A program made the position numbers and the translations under genes. A DNA stretch of 30,022 bases from an archaeon. Its GTDB lineage: Archaea > Iainarchaeota > Iainarchaeia > Iainarchaeales > 1-14-0-10-31-34. This document shows positions 1-6,900 of the stretch, piece by piece (positions within the stretch are counted from its first letter, which is position 1; each line of letters starts with the position of its first letter). Location of the stretch: contig JBDRFE010000022.1 of NCBI GenBank assembly GCA_043819075.1, forward strand, positions 1-30,022. Reading direction: 5' to 3'. The notes under the pieces were generated by a model that searched no databases, was not told the DNA's origin, and saw only the letters and a program-made list of their open reading frames with translations.

Positions 1-1515
1 TTATTTTTCTTCGCAGGCGCTTAAGCCTGGCCTTAACTTGATTCTGAACTGCTTGCTTTTTGCAACTTTTACCCCTACGTCATTTCTGTTAATCAAAAAG
101 ATTTCTGCTTCTGAAACCTTCATTACTTCTTTTTTTAAGTCTATTGGCCTGTCAGAGCTTAAAGCAAAGCCTATTCCTGCTGTTTTGAGTTTGTCCAAAA
201 GCTGGATTATTTCGTCTGAATAAATTGTATTGTTTTTTGAGTTAAGGATTCTTTTAGCTGAAGGAATCAAAACCATTGAATTAATTTTTTCTTTTGATTT
301 GCTGTATTCTGATGAAAGCCCTTTTAGAATGCTATGCACTAAAAGAACTGAAGCTGTTTCATCTAATCCTGTTAAATGGATTATTCCTGCTCTTCCAATT
401 GCTTTTCCTGAACTCTTTGATATTTCTTTTATGTCATTTTTTCCTTCAAATAATTTAGGGTATTTTAGTTTAATTAAACTAAGTATTCTTATTGTTCTGA
501 ATTTGTTTGAGACTTTTGATTCATCTCTTGGCGTCATTTTTTTTGCTGCTGCAATAAGCTCTGCAATTGAATTAGGTTTTGATTCTTTTATTAGTTTTGC
601 CATCATTAATTGTTCTTCTCCTTCTTTCATTCCAATTAATTCAAAAAAGCCTTTAATGCTTATCAGGTTCAAATCAACATTAATGTTTTCTAAAGTAAAA
701 TGTTTTACCGGAAAACCCATTGGCTCTAAGTCAACATGATAGTCAGACAACATTTTTGATTCAGGATTAGGCCTGTTTAATCCAAGAAAAGATTTATCCC
801 AATCAAATATCACTACAGGAACACTGCTTATTAATGCTCCTTCGGCAATCAAATGAATTACATGTTTTCTGTCTTTTGGAGTTGAACCAAAAATTGTTGT
901 TTTCATCATTAATTCTAATGGCTCATTAATCATTGTATTTGATTTTGTTAAGCCTAACATTACTGTTCCTTTTCCTGAAATTCTTGAAACATCTTTTTCT
1001 GTTCCTTCTCCATTTCCTCCAGCTGAAGCAATTTCTTTCGGGTAAAGCATTGGAACAATCATTGGCTGAGAGAAAAAAGAGCTTTTGATTCTTTCCGGTG
1101 CTTTATTTAATTCAATTAACTGCAAGTCATATGCTTTTGAAAAATCTTTCATCATTTCACTTGAAGTATTTAATTTTTGCATTAAGTCTTCTACTTCGTC
1201 GCAGAACACGTTTTCAGAGTATTTTACATAGCTTGGAGCAGAGCTTAAAAGAAAAAACTTTATTGTTTCTTTTGGTTCGTGCTTGAATATTACTGTTGCT
1301 TCTTTTGGCAGTGTTTCAATAAAGTCTTCAATGCTTCCTTCAGCAAAAAACACTTTAAATAATTCTATTACTGCTCCCTTTATTTTTTGGTTTTCTTTTT
1401 CTAAAACTGTAACCAATAGCAGTCCTTCAGGGTTTGAATGCATTTCAACTTCAAAGCCTTCCATTTCCCCCGAAAACCTTTTTTCCCATGGACCGTTTCT
1501 TACCCTGAATTCCAT
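1..1515 (-). CDS. HerA/VirB4/FtsK-superfamily (DUF87-like) P-loop ATPase homologue, probably catalytically inactive, with an extra N-terminal domain
   Basis: 504-aa ORF whose motif order matches HerA-like ATPases: VMLGLT, KTTIFGSTPKDRKHVIHLIAEGAL (Walker A position, GxxGxGKS lost), PVVIFDWD, SMVLIPSAKRIL (Walker B position, hhhhDEAH lost), LDKLKTAGIGFALSSDRPIDLKKEV (cf. REGRKxGxGhxhxSQRPxDL). Confidence 0.75.
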   Translation of the reverse strand: MEFRVRNGPWEKRFSGEMEGFEVEMHSNPEGLLLVTVLEKENQKIKGAVIELFKVFFAEGSIEDFIETLPKEATVIFKHEPKETIKFFLLSSAPSYVKYSENVFCDEVEDLMQKLNTSSEMMKDFSKAYDLQLIELNKAPERIKSSFFSQPMIVPMLYPKEIASAGGNGEGTEKDVSRISGKGTVMLGLTKSNTMINEPLELMMKTTIFGSTPKDRKHVIHLIAEGALISSVPVVIFDWDKSFLGLNRPNPESKMLSDYHVDLEPMGFPVKHFTLENINVDLNLISIKGFFELIGMKEGEEQLMMAKLIKESKPNSIAELIAAAKKMTPRDESKVSNKFRTIRILSLIKLKYPKLFEGKNDIKEISKSSGKAIGRAGIIHLTGLDETASVLLVHSILKGLSSEYSKSKEKINSMVLIPSAKRILNSKNNTIYSDEIIQLLDKLKTAGIGFALSSDRPIDLKKEVMKVSEAEIFLINRNDVGVKVAKSKQFRIKLRPGLSACEEK

Positions 1516-1543
1516 TCAACCAGCTTCAATTGTTTTTGTAAAC

Positions 1544-1609
1544 TAATATAAATAAGTTCTTCTTATATAAATAGAGATATTATTTTAAAATAAAAACTTT
1601 TTCATGTGA
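1544..1609. promoter_or_regulatory. Divergent archaeal promoter region with candidate TATA boxes for both flanking genes and a GTGA SD-like motif before 1614
   Basis: 98-bp AT-rich spacer between divergent genes. It holds TTATATAAAT (1563-1572), TTTTAAAA (1583-1590), TTTATATTA on the minus strand (1552-1544) and GTGA at 1606-1609. Confidence 0.5.
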
Positions 1610-1613
1610 TTAA

Positions 1614-2207
1614 ATGGTTGACAAAAAGGTTGTTGTGAAAACAATAAAAAAAATGCTTGACTCTGGAATAGAAGATGATGTAATCCAGAGCACTTTATCT
1701 GATTTAGGTTTAACTGAAAGTGAGGCAGAAGAACTGATTGCAAGCGCTAAAGGAAAATCAGTTTCTTCAGAAGAAAAAACAGCAGAAACAGATGATTCGG
1801 TGGAAGAAGGCATTGAAGAAGCAATTGAATCAGATGAATCCGATGCAGATGAAAGTTCAGGCCAGAATTATGACATTGATTCTGTGATTAAAAAGACTTC
1901 TGACAGGATTAAAAGCCATTTAGCTGAAAAAGAGCAGTCAGATGAATTAAAAGAACAGTCAACTCATTTAAAGCTTGACGAACACGACGAAAAACTTGAT
2001 AAAATTCATTCAAAAATTGATTTAATGCACGAAAAACTTGATTCTTCTTCAGCGTTTTTTGAATTAAACAAAAAAGTTTCTTCAATAGAAAAAAGCATTT
2101 CTGAAATAAAATCTGATTTAAAGGACTCTAAAGCCCAGATTAATGCAGTGCATGACATTATGAAAAAAATCCTTGAAACAGAAAGAAAGCTTTTGACAAA
2201 AAAATGA
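1614..2207 (+). CDS. Hypothetical cytoplasmic protein: small N-terminal helical domain, acidic linker, C-terminal coiled coil
   Basis: 197-aa ORF with ATG start and SD-like GTGA. N-terminal IKKMLDSGIEDDVIQSTLSDLGLTESEAEELI, E/D/S-rich linker, heptad-patterned C-terminus (LDEHDEKLDKIHSKIDLMHEKLD...LNKKVSSIEKSISEIKSDLKDSKAQI). Confidence 0.8.
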   Translation: MVDKKVVVKTIKKMLDSGIEDDVIQSTLSDLGLTESEAEELIASAKGKSVSSEEKTAETDDSVEEGIEEAIESDESDADESSGQNYDIDSVIKKTSDRIKSHLAEKEQSDELKEQSTHLKLDEHDEKLDKIHSKIDLMHEKLDSSSAFFELNKKVSSIEKSISEIKSDLKDSKAQINAVHDIMKKILETERKLLTKK

Positions 2208-2211
2208 ATTT

Positions 2212-2700
2212 TTAATGGTGCCCGTTGCTTTCTTCTTTTTTGTGTACAGGATGATGATGGGCTGCAGGCGCATGAGGTTTTTCGTGGGCTTTATGCGCAT
2301 CATCTTCTTTGTGGTGTGATGGTTCTTTGCCGGAAAATAATGCTCCTAATCCTTCCAAAAAATTTTTTGCTCCTTTTCCTATTCTTCCCACTGGATTTTT
2401 TGCTTTATAAGAATAATCTTCTGGTGCAAGAAACTCGCCTGTTTTTTTTCCTGCTTCTTTTACTATTGAAGTAAGATATTTTGAGCTGAGAGGCTTTGGA
2501 TGAGCTTTTTCCATGTCTGTTTCCATGTCTCTTGTTAATTCTTTTCCAAGGGTTTTTGTTGCATGAACTGTTGAAGAAAATAATCCAGAAACAACAATCA
2601 ATAATATCAGCAATCCGATAATCCATGAAATCCATCTGAATTCGCTGAAATAAGCTGCAAAAAACAATAATAACAGCACCAGCAGGTAAACTAATTTCAT
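2212..2700 (-). CDS. Membrane protein with two N-terminal TM segments, an amphipathic helix and a His-rich C-terminal tail
   Basis: 162 aa. Hydrophobic residues ~3-19 and ~23-41, amphipathic RIGKGAKNFLEGLGALFSG, 11 His in the last 37 aa. Its start overlaps the upstream stop (TAATG at 2702-2698). Confidence 0.85.
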   Translation of the reverse strand: MKLVYLLVLLLLFFAAYFSEFRWISWIIGLLILLIVVSGLFSSTVHATKTLGKELTRDMETDMEKAHPKPLSSKYLTSIVKEAGKKTGEFLAPEDYSYKAKNPVGRIGKGAKNFLEGLGALFSGKEPSHHKEDDAHKAHEKPHAPAAHHHPVHKKEESNGHH

Positions 2701-3011
2701 TACTGCATTCCTTCCATTAAGCCGCCGAATCCGCCTTGATTAAACATTTCAGGCTGGCCTTCTTCTGTTTTCTTTCCTAAAAGCAAAGCCAATAAAATCA
2801 ACCCGATTATAACATATAAAGCGTATTCTTTGAGGTTGTCTTTTATTACATATAAGGCTACTCCTGCAATAATTAAGATGATTGTTGATTTCATGTCTTT
2901 CATTGCAACAATCAGTATTGCAATCATTCCGATTATAAGCCATGGCTCTTCGCTCCATTGGGTTGCCATCATCAAAAAAATTATTGCCAGAATTAAATTG
3001 AATAAATCCAT
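2700..3011 (-). CDS. Small multi-pass membrane protein with a G/M/Q-rich C-terminal tail
   Basis: 103 aa with about four short hydrophobic segments and tail EEGQPEMFNQGGFGGLMEGMQ. It abuts the upstream gene (0-nt gap) and overlaps the downstream gene by 1 nt. Confidence 0.85.
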   Translation of the reverse strand: MDLFNLILAIIFLMMATQWSEEPWLIIGMIAILIVAMKDMKSTIILIIAGVALYVIKDNLKEYALYVIIGLILLALLLGKKTEEGQPEMFNQGGFGGLMEGMQ

Positions 3012-3266
3012 TTAAGGCCCCTCAAAGGTAAGGAATTTTTCAAGCAGTTCTTTGCCAAATGTTGCCAGAAGAAATAATATTACCCCCAGCCATATTAATT
3101 CCCTGTGCTGTGATACAGTTAAATAAATCACTATTGCAGCAAAAATTATTGCAAGCTTTGGGCTGCCAAGGTTTCCTTTTGCCCAAGAATAAACCCAAAC
3201 CAAAAAGAATAATGAAAGGACTATTTCCAAATCAGGTGCAAGAGTTGAAAAAATTATTGTGTTCAT
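3012..3266 (-). CDS. Small membrane protein (hairpin paralogue A)
   Basis: 84 aa, about three hydrophobic segments, core LVWVYSWAKGNLGSPKLAIIFAAIVIYL. 0-nt gaps on both sides. Confidence 0.85.
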   Translation of the reverse strand: MNTIIFSTLAPDLEIVLSLFFLVWVYSWAKGNLGSPKLAIIFAAIVIYLTVSQHRELIWLGVILFLLATFGKELLEKFLTFEGP

Positions 3267-3599
3267 TTAGCGCCTGCCCCCGAATTTTGTCATAAAAAAA
3301 CTTGTTCCCCAGATTAACATTGAACTCACTCCAATCTGCACTACAATCATCAAAGAAAATGCTCCTGCAGAGACTGCCGCGTACTTGATTACTAAAATAT
3401 ATATTAGTATTCCCGAAATTATTAAAGTTAGCGGCCCGGAGCCTAAATAGCCTCTTACAGTAGTGTATAAAGTGAATACAAGGATTAACTGCACTAAAAT
3501 TTTTGCCTGAGGAACAATTGACATTAAAACCCATGGAAGTATTGCCACAATAACAAATAATATGAGGATTATCATTATCAGCCCGCCTTTTTGGTTCAT
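3267..3599 (-). CDS. Small membrane protein (hairpin paralogue B) with a possible class III signal peptide
   Basis: 110 aa. N-terminus MNQKG|GLIMIILILFVIVAILPW, core VFTLYTTVRGYLGSGPLTLIISGILIYIL. ATGA overlap with the upstream gene. Confidence 0.85.
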   Translation of the reverse strand: MNQKGGLIMIILILFVIVAILPWVLMSIVPQAKILVQLILVFTLYTTVRGYLGSGPLTLIISGILIYILVIKYAAVSAGAFSLMIVVQIGVSSMLIWGTSFFMTKFGGRR

Positions 3600-3937
3600 C
3601 TCATCATCCTCTTAGGCATGTTGTGGCTTGGAATATGGCTCATCTGTTGTGCGTCACTAGGACCAGCATGCTGGCCGACAAAAAAGAAGTCCACCATCAA
3701 ATGCCCTAAACCCATGAAAAATAAAACATATAAGATGTAGATTCCGCCGAATAATTTCCATTGGTCAAAGATTACAAAATAGCATGCTATTGCCATTAAG
3801 ATTACTGCAAAAGGCCCTGTGCCCATGTTTGTTTTAATAAAAGAAACAATTGCAATTAAGACAAAAATCTTTAATGCCAGAGTTATGTCTGCAAAGAACT
3901 CGCTTATGAAAAGAAATGCAATTAATGATGGTTCCAT
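3596..3937 (-). CDS. Small membrane protein (hairpin paralogue C), first gene of the small-membrane-protein cassette
   Basis: 113 aa, core LIAIVSFIKTNMGTGPFAVILMAIACYFVIF, further hydrophobic segments and a polar M/H/Q tail. Confidence 0.85.
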   Translation of the reverse strand: MEPSLIAFLFISEFFADITLALKIFVLIAIVSFIKTNMGTGPFAVILMAIACYFVIFDQWKLFGGIYILYVLFFMGLGHLMVDFFFVGQHAGPSDAQQMSHIPSHNMPKRMMR

Positions 3938-3957
3938 GATTAAATAATGTTTTTTTT

Positions 3958-3976
3958 TATTTAAAATGATTTGGTT
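3958..3976 (-). promoter_or_regulatory. Archaeal TATA box plus candidate BRE for a leaderless transcript starting near ATG 3937
   Basis: Minus strand reads AACCAAATCA-TTTTAAATA, with the TATA element 21-29 nt upstream of the ATG and no SD motif in between. Confidence 0.55.
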
Positions 3977-6900
3977 TCAGTTAATGCAGTCTGTTCCTGC
4001 AATCAAAGAATCCTCTAAATCATTAATGCTTTGCTTGCTTCCTGACTGCCTGAATAAGTTTTGTTCATTCCAGTAAACTTTCATTGAAGCATTATTTTGT
4101 GAAATGCATGCTGTGCCGTTTTTCACTAACTCAAAAACGTTTTCAATGTTTTTTAAGTAGTCTTCGCTGCCAGAACTGTTGAACTGCATTCCCTGTATTC
4201 CGTTCAATGAAACCAGCCCTGAATTCAGTTCATCTGCTGTGTAAAACCATGCATTCTGAACTGAACTTCCTGTATTTAATTTCAGCCTTATGTTTCTTTC
4301 AGTCGGGGTGTAAAAAACTGTTTTCAAAAAAGTGTTTCCTCCTTTGACTGCATTATTCCATTTAATTGAATACAAGTTCTGGTAGTTTGAAACTTCATTG
4401 CTTTGTGTTTTGCTGTCCCATCTGGCGTAATTTTGCAAAAAGCTTCCTTCAAAGTCCCTGCATCTCCCTAACCCGTTCCAGAAACCCAGCCTGTCATTTC
4501 CTGCCAGAATCGGAGTTTGTTCTTCCTGCATTCCGTAAAAATAACTGAAAGGGTTTTGTGTTGTTGGGGTTTGTTCGTGGAACATTTTTATTGCAACCGG
4601 AGTTGCTTTTGACGGATAAAATTTCATCTGGATTTCTTCTCCGTCATAATTCAGATTCAAAATGCTTCCCCTTGTTTCTTCTTTTGAATTCATTTCAATT
4701 AGAGAATCATTTTTTTCAACTGAAATATTGTTTAACGGAGTGCTTGAGTTATCGCTTGGATACAATGTTATTTCTGAATTCACTTTGAGTTCTTTTTCTC
4801 TGAGATTATTGTATCCTGTTCCATAGCCTGTTCTATGGAATACCCCGTTTTTTTCTCCTATTCTTCCGTCAAACGGCATGTAATAAAATATTGAGTCAGC
4901 GTCTGGGGTTGCAAGCCTGGTGAATTCAATTTTTATCTGTGCTTTAGGTGTTCCGTTTGATTCAAACAAATTCCATTTATCCCCTGAATAATTAATGCTT
5001 ACATCAATCCTGTATAATCCTGGCTCTGGCAATGCAAACCCGCTTTCATTCAGATACTTTCTGTTAAAAGAAATTTTTCCTGTTTTATAGTATTCTGCTA
5101 ACTCATTGTTTTTTGTTGCTGAATCAGAGTCAGTGAACCAGGTTGCTCCCTCTAAGAAAGCTTGTGTTTCATAGTATTCTGCAAAGTCTTGTCTGAAGTC
5201 CTCGCTGAAACCGTCTTTCATTAAATACGCGTTAAAATGGCTTAAATTTTTTATTTCTTCTATGATGTTTTTGATTTCAGGGCTTTCAGTATAAACTGTT
5301 GTTCCGTTTAATTTAACTGAATCCTGTGTAACGTATTTTCCTGTTAAAAGGTCTGTTTTGTTTAAGTAAAGATTTAATGGAAATACTTCTGCCATTATTT
5401 CTGTTGTTGTTCCGGCCCAGCACCTGCTTTCTTCAATCGCTTGTCTGTAATAAATAGTGGAAGTATTTGGATCAAATAATTCAAGATTTGTTAAAGCACC
5501 TGTTTCTGTTGGCAAGTGGCTTGCTTGTATTATATACACTTGTTCTTTTTCAGGCAGTTCAAATTCGCAGAAAACTTCTTTTTCTGAACCAGAAGAAATG
5601 TTTCCTGTTGGTTTAATGCAAGAGATTTCTCCTGTGTATTCAACTCCTTCTGGTATTGTCAGGTTTATTTTAACATCAACTGACATTGAAATCTCTGTTT
5701 TGTTTTCTATTATTATTGAAATTTTTGTTTTGTTTGTTTCATCATTTGTTTCAACATTGACTTCTTTTATTCCTATTTTTCCTTCTTCTACTATATTGAT
5801 TTTTGTTTCTTCCCATTGATTGCTTGCCAGTTCTTCTACAGCATTTTTTGGACAGGAAAAAGCATAACCGTTTTCTTTCATGAATTCATCTATTGCATGA
5901 ATTCTTTTGTTAAGCATTACAGTGAACTGCGCTGAATCACAGTAAACATAGTTTGTATTTGTTTGCTCGCATTCATTTAATGCAATTGCGCTCCATTCCC
6001 AGTTTAATTTCACTTTAGGCAAAGCGTTTTCTCCTGTTCCGCCTATTTCTCCTGTTGGTTTAACACAGTCAAGGCTTCTGTAAAGTGGAGGAATTTCTTC
6101 AATAAATCTTTGTGTTACTGCCCTTACATGGAATTTTCTTTGAACTTCTGTGTAGTCTTTATAATTAGGATTATCATCGTCGCCAGAATACTTGTCAGGC
6201 AAACCAAAATTAACTAAATCATCTGCCCTGTCATCATCTTTTCCCGGCACATTTAATTTTGCTGTTTGATTGTGTTCTGTTGCATTAACTGTCAGTATTC
6301 CATAAGTTGGTCTTATATTATCGTATTGATTAGTGTTTTTTTCAAACATTAACGGGAGAATTTCTTTTCCAGGAGGGCCATTTAAGTATATTAGTATTGC
6401 TTCTTCAAAATCCCAGCTTACTTCAATTCCCCTGATAGATAAGTCAATGCCAGTTAAATTTGGCGGGTTCCTGTCCGGAATTGGATTAATTGATTTAGCT
6501 CCTGCGCTTAAATTAATTAAATAGTCTAACATTGGTGCTGTTGTTCTGTCATCGCATGGGTCGTCACAGAAAAGACCTGTTATACAACCAATAAAGTTTA
6601 CTACAAAAGTTACTCCTGCCAGTATTCCTGCAGTAGCCCATCCGACTGGTCCTGCTGCAATTAAAGTGTATAAAACCACTGTCCCAAACGTTCCAGCCCC
6701 TGAAATAAAAGAATTACCAATATTTTTCAGGAATGAACTCTTTTGTGCGGTTTCCCAGACACAATTGCTTGCATCAACATCAACATTAGTGAATAATCTT
6801 TCATTATATAATTCAATTATATCCGGAACATTTCTTTCCGGCACAGCAATAGTGTAATTGTTTAAGCTAAAATAATGCCCTGAATTTGGTTCAGCTAATA

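Noticed and set aside
1..1515. Calling the gene herA (DNA-repair helicase) or a pseudogene
   Set aside because: The catalytic motifs are missing and no nurA/mre11/rad50 context is visible, so herA is unsupported. The ORF is long and uninterrupted, so there is no evidence of pseudogenisation.
2405..3534. Alternative-frame minus-strand ORFs 2405-2635, 2749-2958 and 3232-3534
   Set aside because: They overlap the hydrophobic ORFs, which tile perfectly with coupled start and stop junctions. The N/C/R-rich translations are frame-shift artefacts of Ile/Leu/Val codons.
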